Under the pieces are notes generated by a model. The model had not been told where the DNA came from. It saw only the letters and a list, made by a program, of their open reading frames with translations, and ran no database searches. Source: Candidatus Aquivivens invisus (GTDB lineage: Bacteria > Omnitrophota > Gorgyraeia > Aquiviventales > Aquiviventaceae). Taken from it: a DNA stretch of 64,000 nt. The stretch lies in assembly GCA_001804415.1 (NCBI GenBank), contig MHGA01000031.1:10788-74787 (forward strand), in the 5' to 3' direction. The first letter of the stretch is position 1, and every line of letters begins with the position of its first letter. This document shows, in pieces, positions 1 to 9,916 of this stretch. A program made the translations under genes and the position numbers.

Positions 1-1077
1 GAAGCGGGGCCGACCATCCTGCGCAATTTCCTGACGGGGATCTGCGGCTGTCGGGGCGAGTGGACGATGTCCTCGTTCATCGAAGAAACCATCACCCAAC
101 TCCGCGCGACGGTGGGAGAGGCCCCGGTGGTCCTGGGTCTAAGCGGAGGCGTCGACTCCTCGGTCGCTGCGGTCCTGATTCACCGGGCCGTCGGCGAACA
201 GCTCACCTGCATCTTTGTGGACAACGGGCTCCTGCGGGCGGGGGAGCGGGAGCAGGTGGAAGAGATGTTCGGGCGGCCCTTCGACTCCCCCGCCTTTGGC
301 GGGGTCGCTCAGGATGTCGCCCACCCCGGGGCTCCACATGTCCACTTCAAGCTGGACGTTGTGGATGCCGCGCCACGATTTCTCAAACGGCTGGCCGGGG
401 TCACCGACCCTGAGCAGAAGCGCAAGATCATCGGGGAAGAGTTCATTCGGGTGTTCGAGCAGGAAGCCAAGCGGATTCCCGATGCGCAGTTTCTGGCGCA
501 GGGCACGCTGTATCCTGATGTGATCGAAAGCATCTCAGCTTGGGGCGGGCCCTCCGCGACCATCAAGACCCACCATAACGTCGGCGGTCTACCCAAGCAG
601 ATGCATCTGAAACTCGTGGAGCCGCTGCGCGACTTGTTTAAGGACGAGGTGCGCGAGGTCGGCAAGCTGCTCGGCCTGCCGGATGAGGTGTTGTGGCGCC
701 ACCCGTTTCCCGGGCCCGGGCTTGCCGTGCGCGTGCTTGGCGAGGTGACGGAGGAGCGGCTTCGAATTGTCCGCGAGGCCGATCAGCGGGTGATCGAGGA
801 AATCAGGCGGGCCGGCCTCTATGGGCGCCTCTGGCAAGCCTTCGCCGTGCTGCTGCCGGTCAAGACCGTCGGCGTGATGGGGGACGAGCGGACCTACGAA
901 CACGTCATCGCCGTGCGCGCCGTCACGAGCCAAGACGCGATGACGGCGGATTGGGCCAAGTTGCCTCCGGAGGTCCTCGAGCGGATTTCGAATCGGATCA
1001 TCAACGAAGTCAAGGGAGTTAACCGGGTGGTGTACGATGTTAGCTCGAAGCCTCCGGCGACAATCGAATGGGAATAA
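1..1077 (+). CDS. guaA: GMP synthase (glutamine-hydrolyzing), 5' end outside window
   Basis: Frame open from base 1 ([11 protein letters not shown]...); SGGVDS PP-loop, [19 protein letters not shown]-terminal KPPATIEWE. Confidence 0.97.
   Translation, partial: EAGPTILRNFLTGICGCRGEWTMSSFIEETITQLRATVGEAPVVLGLSGGVDSSVAAVLIHRAVGEQLTCIFVDNGLLRAGEREQVEEMFGRPFDSPAFGGVAQDVAHPGAPHVHFKLDVVDAAPRFLKRLAGVTDPEQKRKIIGEEFIRVFEQEAKRIPDAQFLAQGTLYPDVIESISAWGGPSATIKTHHNVGGLPKQMHLKLVEPLRDLFKDEVREVGKLLGLPDEVLWRHPFPGPGLAVRVLGEVTEERLRIVREADQRVIEEIRRAGLYGRLWQAFAVLLPVKTVGVMGDERTYEHVIAVRAVTSQDAMTADWAKLPPEVLERISNRIINEVKGVNRVVYDVSSKPPATIEWE
277..313 (+). repeat. Palindromic REP/RPE-like element inserted in frame in guaA
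   Basis: CCCTTCGACT-CCCCCGCC-TTT-GGCGGGG-TCGCTCAGG hairpin, coinciding with an extra ~22 aa ([22 protein letters not shown]). Confidence 0.6.
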
Positions 1078-1079
1078 CA

Positions 1080-1151
1080 CAGACATCAGACCTCAGACAT
1101 CAGCGAGGAGAAAATGCTTGCCTGTGGTCTGAAGTCTGAAGTCTGAAGTCT
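1080..1151. repeat. Inverted pair of 7-bp tandem arrays
   Basis: CAGACAT CAGACCT CAGACAT CAG ... CTGTGGT CTGAAGT CTGAAGT CTGAAGT; the two arms are reverse complements. Confidence 0.9.
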
Positions 1152-1155
1152 ATCA

Positions 1156-1968
1156 ATGCGCAAGGGGCTCCGTAAAATTCTGAGGGCGGTGTTCGATTAT
1201 GATCCGTCCTTCTGCGACATGTATGCCGATGAGCCGTCGCGCCGTGCCGCGGAAGACTACCTGGCGCGCACCCGCGCGCATCTGCGCCAGCAATTCGGCG
1301 ATCGACCGCTGTCGATCCTTGATGCCGGCTGCCAGGCCGGCCGCTTGGTGTTCCCCCTTGCGCAAGACGGGCATCGGCTCACGGGTCTTGATGCCTCGGG
1401 GTTTGCGCTGCGCCGGGGCCGCCGCCACGCCAAGGAGCTTGCGCTCGACATTCCGTTCTATCACGATACCCTGGCCAATCTCCGTCGATGGGTGAAGGCT
1501 GCCAGCGTTGAGGTGGTCGTGTGCACCGAGGTGTTGTATCTCTGCCCGGATTATCGCCAGTTGCTTGGATTGCTGGCGGATACCGTGAAGCCTGGCGGCT
1601 TGCTGTTCATCTCTCATCGCCCGGTGTGGTACTACGTGGCGACTGCCCTCCGGCGCGGGCAGGTGGATTGCGCGCTCTCCGTCCTCGAACGCACGGAAGG
1701 CCCCTCTCCCGATGGGTCATACCACAACTGGCAGACGCCGGAACAACTCCAACACCTGTATGCCGGCCTTGGCCTGCGTGTCTTGGCGTCGTATCCGGTG
1801 AATCCGATCGAGATTGACATCGGCCAGAACAGCCTTCCTCAGCCGATTGCCGATGCACTGGCCCCGATGCGCCACAATGCCACGTTCCGCGTCCCCTCCT
1901 ACCTCCTGATCGTCGCCCAGAAAGCCCAGACTTCAGACGACAGACCTCAGACATCAGGAACACTGTGA
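1156..1968 (+). CDS. Class I SAM-dependent methyltransferase
   Basis: ILDAGCQAG motif I, TGLDAS, EVLYL, VKPGG. Confidence 0.88.
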   Translation: MRKGLRKILRAVFDYDPSFCDMYADEPSRRAAEDYLARTRAHLRQQFGDRPLSILDAGCQAGRLVFPLAQDGHRLTGLDASGFALRRGRRHAKELALDIPFYHDTLANLRRWVKAASVEVVVCTEVLYLCPDYRQLLGLLADTVKPGGLLFISHRPVWYYVATALRRGQVDCALSVLERTEGPSPDGSYHNWQTPEQLQHLYAGLGLRVLASYPVNPIEIDIGQNSLPQPIADALAPMRHNATFRVPSYLLIVAQKAQTSDDRPQTSGTL

Positions 1969-2067
1969 ACGCCCGTTCGTGTCGCACATTCTTTTCGCTT
2001 TTCAGGCAACTCGTTTCTCCTTACACTATGGACTGAAGTCTGTTGTCTGAAGTCTGAGGTCTGATGT
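1927..2067. repeat. Second inverted pair of 7-bp tandem arrays (same unit)
   Basis: CAGACTT CAGACGA CAGACCT CAGACAT CAG (1927-1957) and CTGAAGT CTGTTGT CTGAAGT CTGAGGT CTGATGT (2033-2067). Confidence 0.9.
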
Positions 2068-5000
2068 TGCACGCCGAGTTCGTCCACCTGCACACCCACA
2101 CCAACTATTCCCTCCTTGACGGCGCCTGCCGCATCGCGGAGCTCGTGAAGAAAGCGGTCGCGCTCAAGTTTCCCGCGCTGGCCATCACCGATCACGGCAA
2201 TCTCTTTGGCGCCATCGAGTTCTATGAGACGTGCATGAAGCATGGCCTGAAGCCGATCATCGGCGTCGAGGCCTACGTGGCTCCAGGCAGCCGGAGCGAC
2301 CGGACGGCTTCCGGCATCAAGGAATCCAACGCCCACTTGGTCTTGCTGGCCAAAGATGAAGAGGGATACGCGAACCTGCTGCAATTGGTCACGATCAGCT
2401 ACCTGGAAGGTTTCTACTACAAGCCACGCATCGATACCGAGCTGCTCACACGGCACGGGAAAGGGCTGATTGCCCTGACGAGCTGCCTCAAAGGCATTCT
2501 GAATGTCCATCTCACCCAAGATCAGCGCGAGCATGCCCGCCGGACGTTGGAGACCTACGTCCAGCTGCTGGGTCGGGAAAACGTCTACGTCGAGCTGCAG
2601 CACCACGGCCTCCCGCTTGAAGACAAGGTCCGCCCCGTATTGATCGAGTTGGCGAAGGAGGCTGGTGTCAAGGTCGTCGCGACGAATGACGTGCACTACC
2701 TCGAAGCCACCCATGCGCAGGCTCACGATGTCCTGATGGCCATTCAAACGCAAACGACCGTTGATGATCCCCACCGCCTGCGCTACGAGCGGCCGGAATT
2801 TTATCTCAAGTCGGCCGACCAGATGAAGGAGCTGTTTCGAGAGTGCCCCGAGGCTATCGCGACGACCATCGAGATCGCGGATCGGTGCAACCTCGAGCTG
2901 GAGTTTGGCAAGCACCATCTCCCGAACTTTCCGCCTCCGGAAGGCCGAACCCAGGAGCAATTCCTCCGGCAGCTCTGCCACGAGGGACTGGCGCGTCGCT
3001 ATGCGGCGGCGGATGAGCCGCTCCTCCGGCGTCTGGAGCACGAGCTGGCCGTCATCCAACAGGCCGGCTACAGCAGCTATTTCCTCATCGTATGGGATTT
3101 TGTCCGATTCGCGAAAGAGCGGAAGATCCCGGTGGGGCCCGGTCGGGGCTCAGCAGCCGGAAGCCTGGCGAGCTACTGTCTCGGGATCACCGATATTGAT
3201 CCGATGCGATACGATCTGCTCTTTGAGCGGTTTTTGAATCCCCAGCGGGTGACGCTGCCGGACATCGACATCGACTTCTGCTATGAGCGGCGGCCCGAAG
3301 TGATTGAGTACGTCATCAAGAAATACGGGCAAAACTGTGTCGCCCAGATCATCACCTTCGGGACCCTGCAGGCGAAGGCCGTGGTGCGCGATGTGGCACG
3401 GGCGATGAAGATGTCCTATGCCGAGGGGGACCGGCTGGCCAAGCTCATCCCGAATGAGCTGGACATCACCCTGAGCCGGGCGCTGAACGATGTGCCGGAG
3501 CTCGCCCAGCTGTACCGGACGACCGAGCAGGTGCGCGCCCTCATGGATACCGCGATGGTCCTCGAAGGATTGACGCGCCATGCCTCCACGCACGCGGCGG
3601 GGATCGCGATCGCCGATCGCCCGCTGGACCGCTACATGCCGCTGTTCAAGACCAGCGAAGGGCAGATCACCACGGGCTTTGACATGACGGCGATCGAGCA
3701 CCTCGGGTTGCTCAAGATCGATCTGCTGGGCTTGCGGACCCTCACCGTGCTGGAAGAGGCGGTTGAGTTGATCCAGCGCGTGCAAGGCATCACGGTGGAT
3801 CTGGCCGCGCTGACGCTGGACGATGAGGCCACCTACGCCCTGTTGAGCCGTGCAGAGACCATGGGGGTGTTCCAACTTGAAAGCAGCGGGATGCGCGACC
3901 TGCTGCGCAAGCTCCAACCGACGCAGTTTGAAGACGTGATCGCAATCTTGGCGCTCTACCGGCCCGGTCCCATCGGCTCAGGGATGCTGGATGATTTCAT
4001 GAAGCGCAAGCACGGGCAGATCGCGATCAAGTACGAGCACCCCCGCTTGGAGCCGATCCTGCGGCCCACCTACGGCATCATCGTCTATCAGGAGCAGGTC
4101 ATGCGCATCGCCAGCGACCTGGCCGGTTTCTCGCTGGCCCAGGCGGATTTGCTGCGGCGCGCCATGGGCAAGAAGATCGCGGAGGTGATGGAGGCCCAGC
4201 GGAAAGCGTTCCTCGACGGGTGCAAACAGAACAAGATCCCCGAGCGGACCGCCAATCGCGTGTTCGACCTGATGGAGCATTTCGCGGGGTACGGCTTCAA
4301 CAAGTCACACTCGGCCGCCTACGCGTTGATCTCGTATCGCACGGCGTATCTGAAGGCGCATTATCCGATGGAGTTCATGGCGGCGCTGCTGACGAGCGAG
4401 ATGGGCAACACCGACAAGCTGGTCGCGTACCTCGACGAGGCCAAGCGGACCGGCATCACGGTGCTGCCGCCCGACATCAATGAGAGCCAAGCCACCTTCA
4501 CGGTGGCGGGCCTGCGGACGCTTCGCTGCGGCTTGGGGGTGATCAAGAACGTGGGGATGGCCGCCATCGGCTCGATCATCAAAGCACGAGGCGCCCGGGG
4601 ACGCTTCGCGACCATCGAAGCGCTTTGCGAAGACGTGGATTTGCGATTGGCCAATCGCAAGGTCATCGAGAGCGCGATCAAGGCCGGCGCCTGTGACAGC
4701 ATGGGCAAGTCGCGGGCGGCGTTGATGGCGGGCGTGGATCAAGCCCTGGAAGAAGCCCAGCAACGTCAGCGGGATAAATCCCGAGGCCAGTTGACGTTCT
4801 TTGAGGCGCTGAAGGGCGCGCAACCTTCCTCGCCGTCTCGTCCCGCGATGGGGATGATGCGGGAATGGCCTGAAAGCCAGAAGCTGGCGTTTGAGAAGAC
4901 GCTGTTGGGGTTCTACGTGTCAGGGCATCCCTTGGCCCGGTTTGAGAAAACCTTGCAGGCCTTCGCGACCACGACCTCACGCCAGTTGCTCCAATGTACC

Positions 5001-5555
5001 GAGGAGACCCAGGTGACGGTGGGCGGGATGCTGGCCAAGGTCAAGCTGACCACGACCAAGAAGACGAACGAGCAGATGGCCGTGTGTCTCTTGGAGGATC
5101 TGGAAGGCGAGATCGAGGTGCTGGTGTTCCCGGCCTCCTTTGCGCAGCTCGCCCCGCAGTTAAAGGTGGCGTCGATCGTCTTTGTCGAAGGACGCGCCTC
5201 GATGCGCGACGAGCGGCCTCGGGTGATCGCCCAGCACATCGTGCCGCTGGAGCAGGGGATCAGCCGATTGGCGAAGGCGGTGGAACTGGTGCTCCGCACA
5301 CCCGGACTTGAACGGGACCTCTTGGAACAGCTCAAGACACTGCTGAACCGGTTTCCGGGCGCGATCCCGGTCTATCTGAAGGTGAATCTGCCCGCCGCCG
5401 AGGGGCTCTCGCTGAAATTGGCCGAGAGCTTTAAGATCGACCCGCATCCTGACCTGCTCGATGAGCTCGGCAGGTTGTTGGGGGACGATGGGGTGGTGAT
5501 TCGGCGCCAGCCGTTCCTCGCTCATGAGATTGACAGGCGGGTTTCGGTACGCTAA
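2064..5555 (+). CDS. dnaE: DNA polymerase III alpha subunit
   Basis: PHP motif HLHTHTNYSLLDG, GPGRGSAAGS, PDIDIDF, FAGYGFNKSH, OB fold; 1163 aa. Confidence 0.98.
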   Translation: MLHAEFVHLHTHTNYSLLDGACRIAELVKKAVALKFPALAITDHGNLFGAIEFYETCMKHGLKPIIGVEAYVAPGSRSDRTASGIKESNAHLVLLAKDEEGYANLLQLVTISYLEGFYYKPRIDTELLTRHGKGLIALTSCLKGILNVHLTQDQREHARRTLETYVQLLGRENVYVELQHHGLPLEDKVRPVLIELAKEAGVKVVATNDVHYLEATHAQAHDVLMAIQTQTTVDDPHRLRYERPEFYLKSADQMKELFRECPEAIATTIEIADRCNLELEFGKHHLPNFPPPEGRTQEQFLRQLCHEGLARRYAAADEPLLRRLEHELAVIQQAGYSSYFLIVWDFVRFAKERKIPVGPGRGSAAGSLASYCLGITDIDPMRYDLLFERFLNPQRVTLPDIDIDFCYERRPEVIEYVIKKYGQNCVAQIITFGTLQAKAVVRDVARAMKMSYAEGDRLAKLIPNELDITLSRALNDVPELAQLYRTTEQVRALMDTAMVLEGLTRHASTHAAGIAIADRPLDRYMPLFKTSEGQITTGFDMTAIEHLGLLKIDLLGLRTLTVLEEAVELIQRVQGITVDLAALTLDDEATYALLSRAETMGVFQLESSGMRDLLRKLQPTQFEDVIAILALYRPGPIGSGMLDDFMKRKHGQIAIKYEHPRLEPILRPTYGIIVYQEQVMRIASDLAGFSLAQADLLRRAMGKKIAEVMEAQRKAFLDGCKQNKIPERTANRVFDLMEHFAGYGFNKSHSAAYALISYRTAYLKAHYPMEFMAALLTSEMGNTDKLVAYLDEAKRTGITVLPPDINESQATFTVAGLRTLRCGLGVIKNVGMAAIGSIIKARGARGRFATIEALCEDVDLRLANRKVIESAIKAGACDSMGKSRAALMAGVDQALEEAQQRQRDKSRGQLTFFEALKGAQPSSPSRPAMGMMREWPESQKLAFEKTLLGFYVSGHPLARFEKTLQAFATTTSRQLLQCTEETQVTVGGMLAKVKLTTTKKTNEQMAVCLLEDLEGEIEVLVFPASFAQLAPQLKVASIVFVEGRASMRDERPRVIAQHIVPLEQGISRLAKAVELVLRTPGLERDLLEQLKTLLNRFPGAIPVYLKVNLPAAEGLSLKLAESFKIDPHPDLLDELGRLLGDDGVVIRRQPFLAHEIDRRVSVR

Positions 5556-5558
5556 GAT
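5530..5558 (+). promoter_or_regulatory. sigma70-type promoter for the HU/IHF gene
   Basis: TTGACA-N17-TAAGAT; the -10 box contains the dnaE stop codon; ATG is 10 nt downstream. Confidence 0.75.
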
Positions 5559-5568
5559 AGCCCCACCT

Positions 5569-5847
5569 ATGACATTGACTAAGAAAGACTTAGTGCTGGC
5601 GGTGTCAAAGGACACCAACATTACCCAGGTCGATGTGAAGCGGGTCGTCCAGCGAACCCTGCACCACCTCATCGAGTATTTGAAGAGTGGGCAGACGATT
5701 GAGCTGCGCAATTTCGGGGTGTTTAAGATCAGGCAGCGAGCCCCCCGCCGAGGCCGAAATCCCAAGACCGGTCAGGAGGTTCCCGTCCCACCCAAACGGG
5801 TCGTGGTGTTTAGGCCAGGTCTCCTGATGCGGTTGCACATTAAATAA
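5569..5847 (+). CDS. HU/IHF family DNA-binding protein
   Basis: LTKKDLV, IELRNFGVF, GRNPKTG motifs. Confidence 0.95.
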   Translation: MTLTKKDLVLAVSKDTNITQVDVKRVVQRTLHHLIEYLKSGQTIELRNFGVFKIRQRAPRRGRNPKTGQEVPVPPKRVVVFRPGLLMRLHIK

Positions 5848-5867
5848 TTCACAGTACCCCCGCCTGT

Positions 5868-7172
5868 ATGGGTCTCCAAGCGCTTCGCGGAACAACCGAT
5901 CTCCTGCCTGATGATCTCCTGCGATGGTCGCGGGTCGAGCACGTCGCTCGACGGCTCGCTCGACTCTACGGCTATCAAGAGCTTCGGACACCTCTGATTG
6001 AGGACGCCTCGCTCTTCCTCCGTTCTGTGGGTGAGACGACCGACATCGTCCAAAAGGAAATGTTCCGGTTTGCCGATCGGGGAGGCCATGAGATTGTCTT
6101 GCGTCCGGAGGGCACGGCGGCCATCGTCAGGGCCTACCTGGAACACGCCCTGCACAAAACCGAGGGGTTTGTGAAATGGTTTTACCTCGGGCCGATGTTT
6201 CGTGCCGAGCGACCGCAAGCCGGGCGGTACCGACAATTCCATCAGTACGGGGTGGAAGCGATCGGCTCCTCCAGCGCGTGGGTGGACGTCGAAGTCATTG
6301 TGCTCTGCCTCGCTATCCTGCGCGACTGCGGCGTCGTCAAGACGACCCTCTGGTTGTCCAGCATGGGCTGTCGAGATGACCAGACGCAGTTTGCCGCGCG
6401 CCTCCGCCTGAAATTACTGCCGGTGCGTAGCAAGCTGTGTCAAACATGCCAGGGACGATTCGACCGGAACGTGTTTCGTGTTCTTGACTGCAAATCACCA
6501 GATTGCCAAGCCATTGTGGCTGACCTCATGGCGTCTGAGCGCGGGCTGCGACCAGGGTCTTTCGAGTCGCTGTGTGAGAGCTGCCTGCTTCACTTCGACG
6601 AGGTCCGGCAGGAGCTACGAAACGCGAAGATCGTATTTGACGACACGAAGTTTTTTGCTCGAGGGCTGGATTACTACACGCGGACGGTCTTCGAGGTTCG
6701 AGCGGAAGGCCTCGGCGCACAGGATGCGGTGGCGGCTGGGGGCCGGTACGACCACCTCGTTGAGGATCTCGGCGGTCCATCGGTTGGCGCTGTCGGATTT
6801 GCCGCCGGCATTGAGCGCGTCTTGCTGGCCGCCGGCCATCAGGCTCAGCCGCTGCCGGCTGCCTCGCGACGTGGGGTATATCTGGCCGTCACCCAATCCG
6901 ATCTCCTGGGGCAAGGATTTCAATTCCTTCAGCAACTCCGGGAGCGGGGAGCGTCCGGCACAATGGACTATGACTCCAAGAGCCTCAAGGCCCAGCTGCG
7001 CGAGGCGGACAAAGCCCACTGCCGGTTCGTCGCGATTCTGGGGGCATCTGAAATGAGCCAACGCGCCATCACCCTGAAGGATATGGAGCAGGGCAGCCAA
7101 GAGACGATCGCCTTCGACGCCTTCGTCGAGACGCTCGTCCAACGGACCAACGCCTCCCCATCATGCCACTAA
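5868..7172 (+). CDS. hisS: Histidine--tRNA ligase
   Basis: LRPEGTA, FRAERPQAGRYRQFHQ, RGLDYY, GGRYD. Confidence 0.98.
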   Translation: MGLQALRGTTDLLPDDLLRWSRVEHVARRLARLYGYQELRTPLIEDASLFLRSVGETTDIVQKEMFRFADRGGHEIVLRPEGTAAIVRAYLEHALHKTEGFVKWFYLGPMFRAERPQAGRYRQFHQYGVEAIGSSSAWVDVEVIVLCLAILRDCGVVKTTLWLSSMGCRDDQTQFAARLRLKLLPVRSKLCQTCQGRFDRNVFRVLDCKSPDCQAIVADLMASERGLRPGSFESLCESCLLHFDEVRQELRNAKIVFDDTKFFARGLDYYTRTVFEVRAEGLGAQDAVAAGGRYDHLVEDLGGPSVGAVGFAAGIERVLLAAGHQAQPLPAASRRGVYLAVTQSDLLGQGFQFLQQLRERGASGTMDYDSKSLKAQLREADKAHCRFVAILGASEMSQRAITLKDMEQGSQETIAFDAFVETLVQRTNASPSCH

Positions 7173-7188
7173 GCTTGCTCCTTCACCC

Positions 7189-8586
7189 TTGATGATGCGC
7201 ACGCATGGCTGTGGGGAACTCAAGGAGCCGTTGATCGGCCAGACGGTGACCCTGTGCGGCTGGCTCCATCGCCGGAGGGATCATGGGGGCCTGAGTTTTT
7301 TCGATGTGCGGGACCGCAGCGGCATCGCCCAAGTTGTCTTGAACGCGAAAACTAACGCCGCCCTTCACCAGCAGGCCAAAGGTTTCGGCCCCGAGTATGT
7401 CCTGAAGATCTCGGGGGCCGTCCAGCGGCGCCCAAAGGGAACCGAAAATCCGAAACTCCCCTCCGGCATGGTGGAGGTGGCAGCCACCGACCTGGTGGTC
7501 CTGAATCCCGCCGTGGCCCCGCCGTTTGAAATCGATGACCATCTCGACATCTCCGAAGACGTTCGGATGCAGTGGCGCTATCTGGATCTCCGACGGCCAG
7601 CCAGCCAGCACACCCTCCTCCTCCGGCACCGGATCATCTCGCGCATCCGGCAGGCGCTCGATGGCTTGGGCTTTATCGAGGTGGAAACGCCGATGCTGAC
7701 CAAATCCACGCCCGAAGGGGCGCGCGACTATCTCGTCCCCTCGCGCGTCAATCCTGGAAAATTCTTCGCCTTGCCGCAGTCGCCGCAGCTGTTCAAGCAG
7801 CTGCTCATGGTCGCGGGGCTCGAACGGTACTTTCAGGTCGCTCGGTGTTTCCGTGACGAGGATCTCCGGGCCGACCGCCAACCCGAGTTCACCCAGCTGG
7901 ATCTTGAGATGTCCTTCGTGGAAGAGGACGATGTCTTCGGGGTGATCGAGGGTCTCGTGGCCGACGTCTTTCAGGACGCGCTCGGCATCACCCTCCCCAC
8001 ACCGTTTCCACGCTTGAGCTACGAGGAGGCGCAGCGCACTCACCACACGGACAAACCCAACCTCCGCGGCGAGCAGATGCCCTGGGCGTTTTGCTGGGTG
8101 ACGAGTTTCCCGCTCTTCCACTGGAACCCTGACACCAAACGATGGGATGCCGAGCACCACCCGTTTACCGCGCCCCATCCGGAAGACCTCGCCCTGCTTT
8201 CGCGTGATCCGGGCAAGGTGCGGTCGCGAGCCTATGACCTGGTGCTCAATGGCGTGGAGCTCGGCTCCGGCAGCATCCGGATTCATCAGGCCCCACTCCA
8301 GCAACAGATTTTCCAGGTCTTGGGGATGAGCGAGCAAACGGCGGAGGAACGTTTTGGTTTCCTGCTGCAGGCCTTCGCCTACGGCGCGCCGCCGCATGGA
8401 GGATTTGCATTGGGGTTGGATCGTCTGATCGCCATGGTGGCGAAGCGCGAATCGATTCGAGAGGTGATCGCATTCCCGAAGACCCAAAAAGCCGCCTGTC
8501 CCGTCACCGGCGCGCCGGCACACGCGAGCAAGGCGCAGCTCAAAGAGTTAGGCATCGCCTTGGCTCCGGAGTCACCCTCAGCATAG
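7189..8586 (+). CDS. aspS: Aspartate--tRNA(Asp/Asn) ligase, short form lacking the GAD insertion
   Basis: RTHGCGEL, RRRDHGG, PQSPQLFKQLLM, CFRDEDLRADRQPEF, PPHGG; only 465 aa. Confidence 0.96.
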   Translation: MMMRTHGCGELKEPLIGQTVTLCGWLHRRRDHGGLSFFDVRDRSGIAQVVLNAKTNAALHQQAKGFGPEYVLKISGAVQRRPKGTENPKLPSGMVEVAATDLVVLNPAVAPPFEIDDHLDISEDVRMQWRYLDLRRPASQHTLLLRHRIISRIRQALDGLGFIEVETPMLTKSTPEGARDYLVPSRVNPGKFFALPQSPQLFKQLLMVAGLERYFQVARCFRDEDLRADRQPEFTQLDLEMSFVEEDDVFGVIEGLVADVFQDALGITLPTPFPRLSYEEAQRTHHTDKPNLRGEQMPWAFCWVTSFPLFHWNPDTKRWDAEHHPFTAPHPEDLALLSRDPGKVRSRAYDLVLNGVELGSGSIRIHQAPLQQQIFQVLGMSEQTAEERFGFLLQAFAYGAPPHGGFALGLDRLIAMVAKRESIREVIAFPKTQKAACPVTGAPAHASKAQLKELGIALAPESPSA

Positions 8587-8595
8587 GAGGCACGC

Positions 8596-8913
8596 ATGCA
8601 ACACGTCCTGGTCACCCTGATGGTGGTGCTGGTGGCTGTCTGCGCGGGCTGTCGAACCGCCACGCGAGTCATTGATGAGGGGCGGGTGGATATCGACCTA
8701 CCTGAAGGAGGGAATCGCGGCTATCTCATCGGCAGCGCGCCTCCTTGGGAAGGCCCCACGAGCACCGTTCGGAAAATGGTGGAAATGGAAATCGAAACCC
8801 CTCCCCTGTGGATGCCCCCCAACCCTCCTGAGCAAGACCGCGTGCCGGCGCCAGGCGCCGTGCAGGAACCCCAGACCTCGCCGGCAGCCGATCAACCGCG
8901 GTACACCAAGTAG
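8596..8913 (+). CDS. Hypothetical lipoprotein
   Basis: SD GGAGG, hydrophobic signal peptide with CAGC lipobox, Pro-rich tail. Confidence 0.75.
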   Translation: MQHVLVTLMVVLVAVCAGCRTATRVIDEGRVDIDLPEGGNRGYLIGSAPPWEGPTSTVRKMVEMEIETPPLWMPPNPPEQDRVPAPGAVQEPQTSPAADQPRYTK

Positions 8914-8924
8914 CCAACGCCCCC

Positions 8925-9911
8925 ATGGCTGAAGAGATCGTCGCGCTTCGCAGCGAGCAGGAGTTGCGCTCGCTCTTCGGGCCGCGTGACCAGCATCTTC
9001 GGCGCATCGAGCAGGCCCTGGGTGTGACGATCGTCTCGCGGCACGAAGGCCTCAAGATCAGCGGCGAGCCTGCGGCGATTGCGAAAACCAAGCAATTGTT
9101 CGAGGATCTGCTGGTGATTGTCCGCTCCGGCGCTCCCATTCGGAAGGACGATCTCGATTACGCCATCAAAGCCACCCTCCAACCCCAGATGGTGCAGCTG
9201 CGCCAGATTTACAGCGAGCGGATCGAAGTGCCTTCGAGGCGGCGGTTCATCATTCCACGCACCCCCGGACAAAAACTGTATGTCGAGGCGATGCGCGCCC
9301 ACGACGTGGTGTTCGCGGTCGGGCCTGCGGGCACTGGCAAAACGTATCTCGCGATGGCGATGGCGGTTGCCCATCTCACCAAAGGAGAGGTGTCGCGCAT
9401 TATTCTTACTCGTCCGGCCGTCGAGGCGGGGGAGCGGTTGGGGTTCTTGCCCGGCGATCTGCAAGAAAAAATCAACCCGTATCTGCGGCCCCTCTATGAC
9501 GCCCTGTATGACATGATGGAGATCGACGCGATCCAGCGGTATCTCGACCGCGGCATCATCGAGGTCGCCCCGCTCGCCTACATGCGCGGGAGGACGCTCA
9601 ACGACGCCTTCATCATCCTTGATGAAGCCCAGAACTCGACCAGCGAGCAGATGAAAATGTTCCTGACCCGCCTCGGGTTTGACTCGAAAGCAGTGGTGAC
9701 CGGAGACATCACCCAGGTGGACTTGCCTCCGACGCGGCTCTCCGGGTTGATCCACGTGACAGAGATTTTGCGCAGCGTGCCAGGCTTGAAGTTCGTGACG
9801 TTCGACGGACGGGATGTGGTGCGGCACGAGCTGGTGCAGGAGATTATTCGGGCGTACGACGCCGCGGAGCGGAACAACCACGGCAAGCGCGGCGGCGGAG
9901 CGCCCCGCTGA
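8925..9911 (+). CDS. phoH: PhoH family ATPase
   Basis: GPAGTGKT, RPAVEAGERLGFLPG, RGRTL, DEAQN, DVVRH. Confidence 0.96.
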   Translation: MAEEIVALRSEQELRSLFGPRDQHLRRIEQALGVTIVSRHEGLKISGEPAAIAKTKQLFEDLLVIVRSGAPIRKDDLDYAIKATLQPQMVQLRQIYSERIEVPSRRRFIIPRTPGQKLYVEAMRAHDVVFAVGPAGTGKTYLAMAMAVAHLTKGEVSRIILTRPAVEAGERLGFLPGDLQEKINPYLRPLYDALYDMMEIDAIQRYLDRGIIEVAPLAYMRGRTLNDAFIILDEAQNSTSEQMKMFLTRLGFDSKAVVTGDITQVDLPPTRLSGLIHVTEILRSVPGLKFVTFDGRDVVRHELVQEIIRAYDAAERNNHGKRGGGAPR

Positions 9912-9916
9912 TCCGC

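Noticed and set aside
1078-2067. Heptamer arrays as a CRISPR array
   Set aside because: The units are 7 bp and contiguous, with no unique spacers, and there are no cas genes in the window.
2064-5555. Intein or split in dnaE
   Set aside because: The length is normal, the motifs are continuous and no intein signatures are visible.
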